64,000 nucleotides of DNA from Capsulimonadaceae bacterium (GCA_965215505.1 OZ244065.1:5760001-5824000), one strand, 5' to 3'. Shown: positions 20,086 to 32,000, numbered from the stretch's first letter. Numbers and translations are program-made. Notes: generated by a model from the sequence alone, not told the origin.

Positions 20086-20772
20086 GTGGCACAAAGCAGT
20101 GAGCGCAAGGCGCTGATCGTGTGGGGCGGGTGGGACGGACATGAGCCGCAGCAGGTGGCGGAGATCTTCGCGCGGGAGCTGACGGCCAAAGGCTTCCAGG
20201 TTGAGGTGGCGGACACTCTGGATGCCTTCAAAGACGCCGAGAAGCTGAATTCGCTGGCCCTGATCGTCCCGGTCTGGACCATGAGCCAGATCAGCGGCGA
20301 ACAGCTCAACCCGATCCTGGAAGCCGTCAAGGGCGGCGTCGGGCTTGGCGGCTGCCACGGCGGCATGTGCGACGCCTTCCGCGAGTCCACCGAGTGGCAG
20401 TGGATGACCGGCGGGCAGTGGGTGTCGCACCCCGGCAACGACGGCACGGACTATACCGTCCGCATCACCGACCCCGACCACTTCATCACCAAAGGCTCGC
20501 CCGCCGAGTTCGCCGTCAAGAGCGAACAGTATTACATGCACACGGATCCTTCCAACGTGACACTGGCCGTCACCCGCTTCCCGGTGGCCGACGGCCCGCA
20601 CGTCCCCAACGGCCAGTTCGACATGCCCGTCGTCTGGACCCGGATGTGGGGCGAGGGCCGCGTCTACTACAACTCACTCGGCCATCACGCCGACATCGTC
20701 GCCCAGCCCGAAATCCTGCCCCTGATGGTGCGCGGCCTGCTCTGGGCCGCCCGCGCCGAAGACGCGGCGTAG
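20086..20772 (+). CDS. ThuA domain protein
   Basis: WGGWDGHEP, GGQWVSHP, SEQYYMH, GRVYYNSLGH. Confidence 0.88.
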   Translation: MAQSSERKALIVWGGWDGHEPQQVAEIFARELTAKGFQVEVADTLDAFKDAEKLNSLALIVPVWTMSQISGEQLNPILEAVKGGVGLGGCHGGMCDAFRESTEWQWMTGGQWVSHPGNDGTDYTVRITDPDHFITKGSPAEFAVKSEQYYMHTDPSNVTLAVTRFPVADGPHVPNGQFDMPVVWTRMWGEGRVYYNSLGHHADIVAQPEILPLMVRGLLWAARAEDAA

Positions 20773-20803
20773 CGCGCAAGGCGCTCCCCGTGAAGGAAAC
20801 CCC

Positions 20804-21697
20804 ATGCAGGCAATCCGCCGTGCGATGCCGCTCTTGATGCTCCTGCTGTCGGGCAGTTCCGTTTCGGCGGGGCACGCCGCCCCCGCCGCCAAGGCCGCGC
20901 CCGCTAGGCATCAGGGCACAGTAGTTCCTGCCCCCGCGCCCCTCGCGGGGCAGGGCTACCGGCTGGTCAAGAACTGGGACTTCGGCGCGACCGTGACGAG
21001 CAGGCGGCAGCTTTACGACCAGTTTTACACGCGCTATGTCTACAACAACGGGACTTTGGACACGCTCAACGACGAGTGGGAGCGCTACCGGGACGACGAC
21101 AACCATGTCTTTGACGGTCACGTCCTGAGACTGACGGCGCGCATTGTGGACGGGATGAAGGCCGGGGGCATCGAGAGCGGGATGCTGCGCTCCAAGTGGG
21201 TCGGCGAGTACGGCTACTACGAGTGCTGCATGAAGGTCCCGGCGGGGCGCGGGATGTGGCCGGCCTTCTGGCTCAACCCGCAGGACGGGACGTGGCCTCC
21301 GGAGATCGACATCATGGAGATCGTCAACAACGGCCGCGACACGACCAGGAACTCGTTCCATAACCTCCACGGCGGCAAGTTGGACCCGCCAACTGACATC
21401 AGCACGGTCCTGGACAAGTACAACTCGTACCACCCTCCCTTTGATTTTGCCGACGGCTTCCACACCTTCTCCGTGCTGTGGACGCCGGACACGGTGACGC
21501 ATTATGTGGACGGCGTTCCGGTCGCGAAGCGCCGCATGAAGTGGCGTCACTCGGACGGGAGCGAGGCCGGCCCAGCACATGTCCTGGTCAACCTCGCCGT
21601 CGGCGGTGCCTGGCCAGGCCCGCCGCAGACCCAGGAGCAGTTTCCCTCGGCGCTGACGATCAAGTACATCCGCGTGTGGCAAAAGGCAGGCAAATAA
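20804..21697 (+). CDS. Secreted glycoside hydrolase family 16
   Basis: WPAFW, EIDIME catalytic motif, NLAVGG; signal peptide. Confidence 0.92.
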   Translation: MQAIRRAMPLLMLLLSGSSVSAGHAAPAAKAAPARHQGTVVPAPAPLAGQGYRLVKNWDFGATVTSRRQLYDQFYTRYVYNNGTLDTLNDEWERYRDDDNHVFDGHVLRLTARIVDGMKAGGIESGMLRSKWVGEYGYYECCMKVPAGRGMWPAFWLNPQDGTWPPEIDIMEIVNNGRDTTRNSFHNLHGGKLDPPTDISTVLDKYNSYHPPFDFADGFHTFSVLWTPDTVTHYVDGVPVAKRRMKWRHSDGSEAGPAHVLVNLAVGGAWPGPPQTQEQFPSALTIKYIRVWQKAGK

Positions 21698-21734
21698 GAG
21701 GGCGTAGCCGACGAAGACGAGGAGACGATCTATC

Positions 21735-22862
21735 ATGACTGTGATGCTGGACAGACCAAAATCCGACGCCGAAGTCCCTGACCCGTCGGTGCCGGAACGG
21801 GCGGACCGCTACCACGTTTCCGTCGGGGAATACAGCACGTTCAAGCGCGATGGCTTCCTGGTCGTGCGCGGCCTTGTTTCGCCCGCCGAGATCGCCGAGC
21901 TGAGGCAGCACACGGAGGACTTGATGCAGGGGCGGCTGCCGGAGCAGAACCGGACCATGAGGGAGGGCGACAAGCCGGGGCACGGGGTCGCCGTGCAGGG
22001 GTTGGAGGCACCGCCCGCGCACCTGTCGCCGGACGAAAAGGCGCAATACTTCCTGCGTATCCACATGCTGCACCGGCAGCTTGAACTGCACGAGCGCTAC
22101 ATGCTCCACCCAAGAGTGCTTGACGTCCTGGAGTCCATCATCGGGCCGGACGTGCTGGCCTTGCAGACCATGCTGTTCCTGAAGCCGCCCGGTAAGCCCG
22201 GCCAGGGCTGGCACCAGGACCGCTTTTACATCCCAACCCATCCGGACACCCTCTGCGGCGCGTGGATTGCGATTGACGACACGGACGAGCTGAACGGGGC
22301 GATGTGGATGGCGCTGGGCAGCGGGTCCGAGCCTGTCTACCCGCCCCACGCCAGCCTGGGCTATGGGGCCTTCGGCCAGCGCGAACTGGAGGGCATCGAG
22401 TACGTCGGCGGCGTCAGCGACCCCGACGATGAGAAGAACGACCTGTCGCGGATCGCGGGCAAGTACCCGCAGGTACTCGTCCCGGCCAGGGCCGGCGATG
22501 TCGTCTTCTTCAATGGCCACATCCTGCACCGCTCCAAGAAGAACTGGACCGAGGACCGCTACCGGAGGTCGTTCGTCTCCCACTATTGCAACGCCCGGTC
22601 GTTCACCCAGTGGGGCGGCGACGGGCCGCAGACGGTGGATCCGGTCACGGGCATGACGAACGGCGCGCACATCCTGGCGCGCGGCGACACGCACCTGCCG
22701 TTCACGCGGCCCAGGTTCGGGACGCCCTGCGCGGCCCTGCTTTCAACGGAGGAGCGCCGCAGCCGGAGCGAGGCGGCGGCGTCAATGATGATGGGAGACA
22801 TGGACAGCGGACTAATGGGCGCTGCCCCCGCCGAGCCGGACCGCGACCACGATCACCGATGA
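21735..22862 (+). CDS. Phytanoyl-CoA dioxygenase (PhyH) family Fe/2OG enzyme
   Basis: KPPG..GQGWHQD, WIAIDD, GDVVFF..HILHRS. Confidence 0.9.
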   Translation: MTVMLDRPKSDAEVPDPSVPERADRYHVSVGEYSTFKRDGFLVVRGLVSPAEIAELRQHTEDLMQGRLPEQNRTMREGDKPGHGVAVQGLEAPPAHLSPDEKAQYFLRIHMLHRQLELHERYMLHPRVLDVLESIIGPDVLALQTMLFLKPPGKPGQGWHQDRFYIPTHPDTLCGAWIAIDDTDELNGAMWMALGSGSEPVYPPHASLGYGAFGQRELEGIEYVGGVSDPDDEKNDLSRIAGKYPQVLVPARAGDVVFFNGHILHRSKKNWTEDRYRRSFVSHYCNARSFTQWGGDGPQTVDPVTGMTNGAHILARGDTHLPFTRPRFGTPCAALLSTEERRSRSEAAASMMMGDMDSGLMGAAPAEPDRDHDHR

Positions 22863-24184
22863 GCGAGGGTCGTGTCCTGGCTGACGGGGGGATAAAGCAG
22901 GCGCTCCGGGCGTCGCCACCAGCCAGGGGAATGGAGTTCGGGCGCGTCGTGGAAGCCGCGCGCCGCCAAATCGCGCAGCATCACCGCCAGTTGGGTCGGG
23001 CGCGGCGGGCCGGAGCCGCTGACCTCAAACGCGCCGGCCTCATAATAGCCCTCGACGCGCGTGACGAGGCTGTTCCACTCGTAAGACCCGAGCAACGCCC
23101 AGGAAGTGACCGCCCTCACGTCGGCACCCTCACGGCGCAACGTCAGGGCGGCATCCCAGTTCTCCTGGAACCAGCGCATCTGTTCGTCGCAGGTGGAAGC
23201 CAGGTGCGCCTCGGTCAGCGCCAGTGGCAGCCCGTAACGCCCCCATGCCTCGCGCAGCAGGGCGGCCGGACCCTCGCTCGGCTCGGCGCAGACACGGACC
23301 GCCTCGACGTCCGCGTAGCGGTCCCTCTGGTTACTGCCCCAGACCGGGGGGGGGTAGTGTTCCAGTCGCTCGTCCAGAAACCGCTCGCTTGTGACGTAGT
23401 GGTCGCACCCGAGTGTGTCCGGCGGACACGGCTCGTCCAGGAAGACGCGCCACTCGTGGTCAGCCACGCCGAGCCAGCGCAAATAATGGGCCATCGGGTG
23501 GCCGTCGTCTACCCGCCCGCAGAGCAGATCAAAGCTCAGCCAGCGCCGCTCGTTCTCGAACTCGGCCTGGTACGCCATGTGGGGCGTGCTGTACGTTTTG
23601 CCCACATCCTCCGTCTGCACAAGTTTCGCCTGGGGATTCACTTCGCGGATCGCCCGCATCGCCAGGACAATCGCCCGGCACTGCGCCAGCAGGATGCGCG
23701 CCCATGTCAGCGCGTCACTGCCGTGCGGGTGCCAGTGCCCATAGATGCCGCTGAAACGCGCGGTCGTCATGGGTTCATTGACCGGCGTGTAGGCGGACAC
23801 CCAGGGATAGCGCCGTGCGACGGCACCGGCATACTCGGCCAGCCGCTCCGGGAACAGGGGATCAAGAAAGTGAGTGGAAGCGGGGCCGCTGCCATGATGG
23901 AGCAGCCCCACGATCGGCTCGATGCCGAGTTGGCGTAGACGCCCCAACCGGGCGTCTGCCCAGGACCAGTCGGCCTGGGCGACGCCCTCCGGGGCAGTAC
24001 GCTCCCAGAGAACCGGGTAACGCAACGCGCTGAGGCCGAGGCCGGCGAACAAATCGAGGTCCTCGATGCGGCGGCCATGACCGCTCCATTCGAGCTGATC
24101 GAAGTGCGTGTCGCCGACGCGGTTCAGGGTGCATTCAACGCCGCCCCAGAGTTCCAGCGGTCTCAGTTCCGGTGGCATATCCAT
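22853..24184 (-). CDS. Family 1 glycosyl hydrolase-like protein
   Basis: WGGVECT, RYPVLWE, TPVNEP, LTEAH. Confidence 0.85.
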   Translation of the reverse strand: MDMPPELRPLELWGGVECTLNRVGDTHFDQLEWSGHGRRIEDLDLFAGLGLSALRYPVLWERTAPEGVAQADWSWADARLGRLRQLGIEPIVGLLHHGSGPASTHFLDPLFPERLAEYAGAVARRYPWVSAYTPVNEPMTTARFSGIYGHWHPHGSDALTWARILLAQCRAIVLAMRAIREVNPQAKLVQTEDVGKTYSTPHMAYQAEFENERRWLSFDLLCGRVDDGHPMAHYLRWLGVADHEWRVFLDEPCPPDTLGCDHYVTSERFLDERLEHYPPPVWGSNQRDRYADVEAVRVCAEPSEGPAALLREAWGRYGLPLALTEAHLASTCDEQMRWFQENWDAALTLRREGADVRAVTSWALLGSYEWNSLVTRVEGYYEAGAFEVSGSGPPRPTQLAVMLRDLAARGFHDAPELHSPGWWRRPERLLYPPVSQDTTLAHR

Positions 24185-24210
24185 GGGTCGCCCGGCGGCG
24201 TGTTACTCCT

Positions 24211-25386
24211 TCAGACGGGCTGCGGGGCACCGTTAGCGGCGCTTTTGACGCTCGCAACAGGTACGGCAGCGGGCACGACGATTCGCTCGGCGCGGCTTCC
24301 GTGCAATTTGTCGAACATGGCAAGGGCCTGGCCGACGACCTGGTCCATGTTGTAGTACTTGTAGGTGCCGAGACGCCCGACGAAGTGGACACCGCGCGTA
24401 CTGTCAGCCAGGTCCTTGTAGCGGGCATACAGCGCATTGCAGGCTGGGCTGGGCACGGGGTAGTACGGGTCACCGTCCGCGCGCGGGTATTCATAAACGA
24501 TGTCCGTCTTTGCGTGCTGCTGCCCGGTGATCCACTTGAACTCGGTCATACGGGTGTGTGCGTGATCGTTCGGGCAGTTGACCGTCGCATAGGGCAGGCC
24601 GTCGGCGGCGTCCCTGGTTTCGTGCCGGAACTCCAGCGAGCGGTAGGGCAGCCGGCCGAAGCGGTGATCGAAGTATTCATCCACGGGGCCGGTAAAGATG
24701 ACCTCCCGGCACGGCACCATGTTCTTGATCTCCCGCCAGTCCGTGTTCAGCATGATCTTGATGTTAGGGTGATTGAGCATCGCCTCGAACATCCGTGTGT
24801 ACCCATGCTTGGGCATGGACTGAAAGGTGTCCGTGAAATACCGGTCGTCCGTGTTCGTCCGAGTGGGGATGCGGGCTGTCACCTGCGCGTCAAGCTCCGA
24901 AGGGTCCATGCCCCACATCTTGCGGGTATAGCCCCGGAAAAACTTCTCGTACAGCTCGCGCCCGACCCGGCTCACGACGACGTCCTCGGACGTCCGGGCG
25001 TGACCGATGGATTCGGCGCGGGACTGGAAGAATGCTTCGCATTCGGCCTCCGTCTGGAGGTTCAGGCCGTACATGCGGTTGACCGTGGTGCGGTTGATCG
25101 GGATCGGGAACATCTCCCCGTCCACAATGGCGACCACGCGGTGTTCATACGCGCGCCATTCGGTGAACTGAGAGAGGTAGTCAAAGATGCGCTCCGAGTT
25201 CGTGTGGAAGATGTGAGGCCCATAAGGATGGATCAGGATGCCCTCGGTGTCGTACCGGTCGTAGGCATTACCGCCGATGTGGCTGCGCTTGTCGATCAGC
25301 AGCACCTTCTTCCCGGCTTGGGAAGCCAGCCGCTCGGCCAAGACACTCCCGGCGAACCCGGCCCCGACGATTAGGTAGTCAAACAT
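24211..25386 (-). CDS. glf: UDP-galactopyranose mutase
   Basis: VGAGFAG, YGPHIFHT, PYYPVP, GRLGTYKYYNMDQ. Confidence 0.97.
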   Translation of the reverse strand: MFDYLIVGAGFAGSVLAERLASQAGKKVLLIDKRSHIGGNAYDRYDTEGILIHPYGPHIFHTNSERIFDYLSQFTEWRAYEHRVVAIVDGEMFPIPINRTTVNRMYGLNLQTEAECEAFFQSRAESIGHARTSEDVVVSRVGRELYEKFFRGYTRKMWGMDPSELDAQVTARIPTRTNTDDRYFTDTFQSMPKHGYTRMFEAMLNHPNIKIMLNTDWREIKNMVPCREVIFTGPVDEYFDHRFGRLPYRSLEFRHETRDAADGLPYATVNCPNDHAHTRMTEFKWITGQQHAKTDIVYEYPRADGDPYYPVPSPACNALYARYKDLADSTRGVHFVGRLGTYKYYNMDQVVGQALAMFDKLHGSRAERIVVPAAVPVASVKSAANGAPQPV

Positions 25387-25407
25387 CGCTTCTTTCTTCT
25401 CTCTGGT

Positions 25408-26532
25408 TTATTTCTGTGCTGCTTCCCGGTCCTGAACGACGCCGCCGATGAGGGCGTGGATCTGTCCCCAGATCTTGTCCCAGGACATCTCCGCCAGCAG
25501 CGGGTCCACATGTGCCAGGCGCTCCGCCTTGTCCTCCCGCATGGCTGCCTCGCAGGCCGCCACGAAGTCTCCCGGCGTGTCTGCGACGCGGACTAATCCC
25601 TGTTCGCCGTACATGCTCACCACGTCTTTAATGGAAGTGGAAACCACGGGCTTGCCGGCGGCGAGATACTCGGGCGTTTTCGTCGGGCTGATAGAGCGCG
25701 TCGAGTCGTTGCGGGCGAACGGCATGATCGCCACGTCCCAGCCGGCGAGGTAGGCCGGGAGGTCAGCGTAATCTTTGCCGCCGAGGTAGTGAATGTTCGC
25801 ACGCCGAGCCAGGGCGGTTTCCGGGATCTTGCCGGAAACGGGGCCGACGATGACCCACTGCCACCCGGGCCGCAGGTCAGCCACCCCGGCCAGCAGGTCA
25901 AAATCAATGCGCTCGTCCAGTACGCCGAAGAACCCAAGGCGGGGGTGGGGGATGTCCTTCTGGTCGGCTGGGTCGGCCGGACCCGATCTGGCCTGCCCGA
26001 AGTGAGGTACGTCCACGGCGCTGGCAAAATAGAAGACGCGCGGATGCCTGTCCTTCTTACCTTCGTACAGCGTCGGGCCGCCTGCGAAAACCAAGTCGGC
26101 ACGCTCCAGCAGCCGCGCTTCCCGCCCCAACAGCTCAGGGTGGGCACCGGCGAAGGACGCCAGATCGTCCATGACGTCGAACGCGACGGCTTTGGGCGTC
26201 AGGTCCGAGGTCCAAGTCACCATCATCGGCGTGTAGTACCAGAGGACGTAGTCGGCGACGGCGTGTTCCTGCATGAAGTCGCCGAGCAGGCGTCGGTACA
26301 TGTGCCCGTGTTCCTCCTCGGTCGGCCCCCAGGGCAGGTGTGCGACGAGGACCTGGACGCCGCCGGTCCGGGGAGTGACATGCAGCCAAGGGTTTTCCGA
26401 GTCAAACACCGGCTCTTCCACGAAGAAGACGCGGTGCTGCGGCGCAAAGCGGCTGATCAGGTGCTGTGGCCTCTGGTAAACAAAATCCCAGCGCAGGTGC
26501 GAAAGGCAGATCAAGTCATATTGGGCAGACAT
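25408..26532 (-). CDS. GT-B (GT4-like) glycosyltransferase
   Basis: SHLRWDFVYQRPQHL, ISPTKTPEYLAAGKPVVST; GGAGG RBS before ATG 26532. Confidence 0.9.
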   Translation of the reverse strand: MSAQYDLICLSHLRWDFVYQRPQHLISRFAPQHRVFFVEEPVFDSENPWLHVTPRTGGVQVLVAHLPWGPTEEEHGHMYRRLLGDFMQEHAVADYVLWYYTPMMVTWTSDLTPKAVAFDVMDDLASFAGAHPELLGREARLLERADLVFAGGPTLYEGKKDRHPRVFYFASAVDVPHFGQARSGPADPADQKDIPHPRLGFFGVLDERIDFDLLAGVADLRPGWQWVIVGPVSGKIPETALARRANIHYLGGKDYADLPAYLAGWDVAIMPFARNDSTRSISPTKTPEYLAAGKPVVSTSIKDVVSMYGEQGLVRVADTPGDFVAACEAAMREDKAERLAHVDPLLAEMSWDKIWGQIHALIGGVVQDREAAQK

Positions 26533-26717
26533 GCTTCCTCCAAAAGAGACGGGAGACTGGTTTCTGACTACAAGGCCGGGCGGCATCAATGCCGGCAGTA
26601 GGGCGGAAAACGCCACTGCCCGGATAGGAAGCACGAACGTCTGCGGGACCCAGACACGCGGCGAGGGGTCGGCACTCCGTATGGCCCGGAGTATGGGTTC
26701 GCCGTCGTGCTGGGTGT

Positions 26718-26744
26718 TTACCCAGTGTCAACGACTGTTAAAAC
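26718..26744 (-). promoter_or_regulatory. Putative SigB/SigF-type promoter
   Basis: Minus strand reads GTTT-N17-GGGTAA, about 190 bp upstream of the GT gene. Confidence 0.5.
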
Positions 26745-26844
26745 GTGGCACTAACGGTGTATTTGGGATGAAATGTATGACAAGAAAAATTGCCGGGGCG
26801 AGTCAGGTATAATAGCGGACGATCCTACCGGAAGGAGCGAAGCC

Positions 26845-27462
26845 TTGACGATTACCTTCAGCCCCCAGAACACCAGGAGGTCGGGAACAGCGCAGCGACC
26901 GGAAGACGAACCACGGGGTGGCCTGCGGCGCTGGACACCCGACGAGTGCCATCGCATGATCGCCATGAATCTCTTCAAAGGCGACCGCGTGGAGCTGCTT
27001 GGTGGCAGCATCCGGCAGGCACACATCTCCGGCCTCCACCATTGGACGCGGGAGCAGTGTCACCGCCTCATCGAAGCCGGCTTCTTCGACGATGGATGGG
27101 GGAATTTCTGGAAGGGCTGATCTGGGACATGGCCGGACAGATGACGCCGCACACGACTGGAACGGATCACACAGCTCTCGTTGGAGGACGCGTTCGCGGG
27201 CACGCTAGAGGTCAGGGTACGAATGCCCATTGCGCTGCCGGACGAGACGGAGCCGGAGCCTGATGTCGCCGTCGCGCCGGGGACGCCCCTCGATTATCTG
27301 GAACACCACCCCGGCCCGGACGAGCTGCTACTTGCCGTCGAGGTATCAGACAGACAGCGTACTCGCCAAAGACCGGGGCCTGAAAGAAGCGGCGCCCCGC
27401 TGAACGCGCCGCAAAAACCTATCACGGCCGCCGACCTGCTGCCGCCGAATAAACAACTATGA
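26845..27462 (+). pseudogene. Uma2 (DUF820) endonuclease pseudogene
   Basis: RVELLGG, EFLEGLIWDM, EPEPDVAV and LAVEVSD lie in three different frames; C-terminal part appears deleted. Confidence 0.8.
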
Positions 27463-29096
27463 CAAACGCCAACACAAACCTCAACACAGAAACCATGAAA
27501 AAGAAAGTCGTCGTGCTGGGCAGCGGCCCCATCCGCATCGGGCAGGGGATCGAGTTCGATTATGCCAGCGTCCACTGCGTCCGCGCCTTGCGCGAGGCGG
27601 GGTATGAGGCGATCATCATCAATAACAACCCCGAGACGGTTTCGACGGACTTCGACACTTCGGACCGGCTCTACTTCGAGCCGCTGACGGCCGAGGACGT
27701 GCTGCACGTCATCGAGCGCGAAAGCCCGATCGAGGGCGTCATCGTTCAGTTCGGCGGGCAGACGGCGATCAACCTGGCGAGGCCGCTGTCCGACGCGGGC
27801 GTGCCCATCCTCGGCTCGTCGTTCGACAGCATCGACCTGGCCGAAGACCGGGACCGGTTCGAGGGCCTGCTGGCCCGGCTCAACATCCCCAAGCCGGCGG
27901 GCCGGGCGGTCACTTCCACCGAGGCCGCCGTCTCCGTGGCGGACGAGATCGGCTACCCGGTCTTGGTGCGGCCCTCCTACGTTCTGGGCGGGCGGGCGAT
28001 GGAGATCGTCTACAACCACGCCGACCTGCGCGAGTACATGCGTTACGCCGCCGACATCTCGGACGGGGCGCCCATCCTGGTGGACCGCTATATCGTGGGG
28101 AAGGAGGCCGAGGTGGACGTGATTGCCGACGGCAAAGGCGGCTGCCTCCTGCCCGGCATCATGGAACACATCGAGCGGGCCGGAGTGCATTCGGGCGACT
28201 CGATGGCGGTCTACCCCCCGCAGACCATCAAGCGCGAGACCATCGAGCAGATGGTCGCCTATGCCACGCGGCTTTCGGAGGCCCTGAACGTAGTCGGCCT
28301 GATGAACATCCAGTTCGTCATCGAGGACGATCAGGCCTATATCATCGAGGTCAACCCGCGTGCCTCCCGCACCGTCCCGTACCTGAGCAAGATCACCGGC
28401 ATCCCTATGGTGAAGGCGGCGACCTGGGCCACGCTGGGCCGGAGTCTGGCCGAGCAGGGATATACCAATGGCCTGCACCCGGATCAGCCCAACATCGCGG
28501 TCAAGGCACCCGTGTTCTCCTTCGCCAAACTGACCGACGTGGACATCAACCTGGGACCTGAGATGAAGTCTACGGGCGAGATCCTGGGGATCGACACGGA
28601 CTTCTCGCGCGCCCTGTACAAAGCGATGGTGGCGAGCGGCATTGATGTCCCCGCCGGCGGCAAGGGGGCCGCCCTGCTGGTGACGCTGGCCGACGGCGAC
28701 AAGGAGGAGGCCCTGCCGATCATAAAGGACTTCGCCGCGCTGGGCTTCCAGCTCTACGCGACCGGCGGGACCGCCCGCTTCTTGACCACACACGGCCTGG
28801 AAGTGACGGCGGCGAAGAAAATCAGCGAGGGGACGCCCAACCTGCTGGACCTGATCCGGGGCGGGCGCGTCGCGCTGCTCATCAACACGGTCTCCAAGGA
28901 CAAGCGGATCGAGAAAGAGGCCGCCCTGATCCGCCGCGCCTCGGTTGAACACTCCATCCCCTGCCTGACCTCCCTTGACACCGCCCGTGCCTTGCACACC
29001 GCCCTCGCGACCCGGCAGGTCGGCGAGGCGTTCGAGGTGATGACGGTGGATAGATATACGGCCAAGCGGCCTGAAATCACCCAGGCCGGCGCTTGA
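27459..29096 (+). CDS. carB: Carbamoyl-phosphate synthase large subunit, C-terminal half (start 27459 or 27495)
   Basis: [41 protein letters not shown]-terminal MGS-like domain. Confidence 0.96.
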   Translation: MTNANTNLNTETMKKKVVVLGSGPIRIGQGIEFDYASVHCVRALREAGYEAIIINNNPETVSTDFDTSDRLYFEPLTAEDVLHVIERESPIEGVIVQFGGQTAINLARPLSDAGVPILGSSFDSIDLAEDRDRFEGLLARLNIPKPAGRAVTSTEAAVSVADEIGYPVLVRPSYVLGGRAMEIVYNHADLREYMRYAADISDGAPILVDRYIVGKEAEVDVIADGKGGCLLPGIMEHIERAGVHSGDSMAVYPPQTIKRETIEQMVAYATRLSEALNVVGLMNIQFVIEDDQAYIIEVNPRASRTVPYLSKITGIPMVKAATWATLGRSLAEQGYTNGLHPDQPNIAVKAPVFSFAKLTDVDINLGPEMKSTGEILGIDTDFSRALYKAMVASGIDVPAGGKGAALLVTLADGDKEEALPIIKDFAALGFQLYATGGTARFLTTHGLEVTAAKKISEGTPNLLDLIRGGRVALLINTVSKDKRIEKEAALIRRASVEHSIPCLTSLDTARALHTALATRQVGEAFEVMTVDRYTAKRPEITQAGA

Positions 29097-32000
29097 CGAG
29101 GACGACGCTGTGGCCTTCGGCGGTGGGGCGGAACTCCAGGGCGTCGGCGAGGTGCTGCATGAGGGGCAGGCCCCGCCCACCCAGGGCGTCGGGGTCGGGC
29201 ATGGCGGGGGGGAGCGCAGCGGGGTCCAGGCCCTCCCCGTGGTCGGTGACCTCGATCCGCAGCGCGCCGTCAGGAGTGCGGTGCCCCGTGATGATGAACT
29301 CGTCGCTCTCGCCGGCCGGCGACCCGTGGCGGACGGCATTGGTGACCGCCTCGGTCACGGCGGTCTGGAAGTCTTCGGTGGCCGCCTGATCGAATCCCAG
29401 CGTCGGCATCCAGTGCCGGACGGCCTGGCGCACCTCGGCGGCGCAGTCCGCGCGGCAGGGGAACCGGAAGGCGAAGAGCCTTTCCCCGGCGTCCGCCTCG
29501 GCCCCGCCCGCCCCGGCGACGCCTTCAGGACTGCCGGGCCCGACCCTCCAGGCGAGCATGGCCGGCAGGAGATTGTCGGCGGCCGTGTCCTGCGCCGCTT
29601 CCTCCTTCTCCGCCGACGGCATCCGGCGCGCGACCATCAGGGCCATGTCGTCGTGGGTCCGGCCCCCCGTCCACTGCATCGCGGCCTCTTGCAGCCGCGC
29701 GGCCAGTGCCCCCGCCCCGGCCTCCGGCGGCACCGCCTCGACCAAGTCCCTGACGCGGGCGAGGTCCAGCATCTCGCGCGAGCCGGCCCCGCGCGCTTCG
29801 GTCAGGCCGTCCGTGTAGAGGATCAGCGCGTCCCCCGGCTGCAAAAAGTCCAGTGCCTGCTCATAGGTGTGGTCTGCGACTCCCAGGATTGGCCCGTTGG
29901 CATCCAGGAGCGCCGAGCCGCCGCCGGCCCGCTTGAGGATCATCGTCTCGTGACCCGCGCTGGTCCAGGCGAGCCGCCCATTGGCGGGGTCGAACACGGC
30001 ATAGAAGAGGGTGACGAAGTGGTCGCCCAGGCCCGACGAGTCGCTGCACAGCAGCCGGTTCAGGCGGGTCAGGACGAGGCCCGGCGCGGCGGCCTCGGTC
30101 GCGAAGGCGCGCAGGGAGTATTTCACCGTGGCCGTCTGCACGGCGGCGCTCAGTCCCTTCCCGGACACGTCGGCGATGACCAGGGCGACCCGCCCGTCAG
30201 GCAGGCGGAAGGCGTCGTAGTAGTCACCCCCGACGCGCGACTCGTCCAGGCCGGTGCTGTAGTTCGCGCCCAATGTCAGGCCGGGCATCCGGTCGGGGAT
30301 GTCGGTCAGGAAGGCGCTCTGGAGCATGTCGGCGACGCGGTGTTCCCGCGCGTACAGCCGGGCGTTCTCCAGGGCCAGGGCGAGGATGTCCGCGACGGCG
30401 CTGAGAAAGTCCACCTCGTCCGGGGTCCACACGCGCATTTCGTTCTGGTGAACGATGAACAGCCCGTTGAACTGACCCCGCAGGAAGACGGGGCAGGCGA
30501 TGAAAGCGCGCGTCAGATCCCGTACCCCGGCGTCCAGGGAAGTCTGATCCTGTGTGTAGTCGTTCGAGACGACCGGGCGGCCCGCAATCCAGGCTTCGAC
30601 CGAGTCGGCGGGACAGTCGGCCAGCCGGTAGGAGAACGTCAGCGCCGGCACACCGGGGGCTGTGAACTGCTGTGGCACGACGTCCATGGTGTCACGCGCC
30701 GTGTTGAGGCGGGCGCAGCTGCACCGGCTGACTTTGAGCGCCTGCCCGACTCGTTCGGTGACGATCAGGAGGATCTCCGCCGTGTCCAAAGTGACGCGCA
30801 GCGCCTGGCCGATCTGGTTGATGAGCGCCTCGCGCTCCGCCCGCTGACGCGCCTCCGCGAACAGCCGGGCATTGTCCAGGGCGGCGGAAACGCGCTGCCC
30901 CAGCTCCTCCGCCAGCACCAGGTCCTCCGCATCATAAATCCTACCGCTCCGTGACGAGGCGAAGGAGAGCGTCCCGAGGACTCTCCCGCGCGCCCAGAGG
31001 GGGACGCAGAGGTAAGAGCGGATGCCGAGCGAGCGAAGGAGGCGACCGTGTTCCCCGTCCTCCGCGACTGCTTCCAAAACTCCTCCGGACACCTCGGCGA
31101 TGAGCTGCGGCTGGCCCGTCCGCAATACGCGTCCCACGCCCATCCGGGCCTCCGGGTCCAGCGGATAAAGGCGCTGCATCTCCGCCGCCCGCTCTTCCTC
31201 GTCGGGGTCGGCGTGCGCGGTCGCCGCCAGCCGGACCGCGCCGGAAGGCTCCAGGACGTTGACGGCGCACCAGTCCACCAGCCGCGCGACGGTCAGGCGG
31301 ACGACGTTCTTCAGGGTGACCTCGGTCTCCAGGGAGGATGCGAGGACGGCACCGGCTTCGGCGAGGAACGCGGCCCGCCGCTGCGCCTTTTTGATCTCGG
31401 TGATGTCGTGCATCGTGACGACGGCCAGGATGGTTTCCCCGGTCCTGCCACGCGCGGGCGTGCCGCTGAAGGAGGTCGTCCAGGTGCGGCCCGTGTCGCG
31501 GCGGCGCACGGTGGCCTCGAAGTTGGAGAAGGTTTCGCCGCACAGGGCGCGCGCCAGAGGCCACTCTTCCGGGCCGAGTTCCCGACCGTCCTGCGTGGTC
31601 AGCACGAGCGTGTCCGCGTACCCGCTCCCCGGTCGGCGCACGTCTTCCAGCGTTTCGTAGCCCAGCATGGCGAGCGCGGCCGGGTTCATCGCCATGATGC
31701 CGCCGTCCAGGTCACTGACGACCAGCCCGTCCGTCATGCTGGTCAGCACGGCCTCCATCTGCCCCTGCTCGGCGGCCAGACTTTCCATGAGCCGCCCGCG
31801 CTCGGACTCGGCCTGGGCGGCCTCCACCTCCGCCCGGTGGACGCGCACGGTGTTCCGCAGGGCGCGCGCCAGTGCCTCGGGCGTCAGCCTCGACTTGGGC
31901 AGATAGTCGGCCGCGCCCGCCTTGATCATCTCCACCGCCAGCATCTCGTCGCCGTACCCGGTCAGCATGATGATCGGGATGGTGATGCCGCGTGCCCGCG

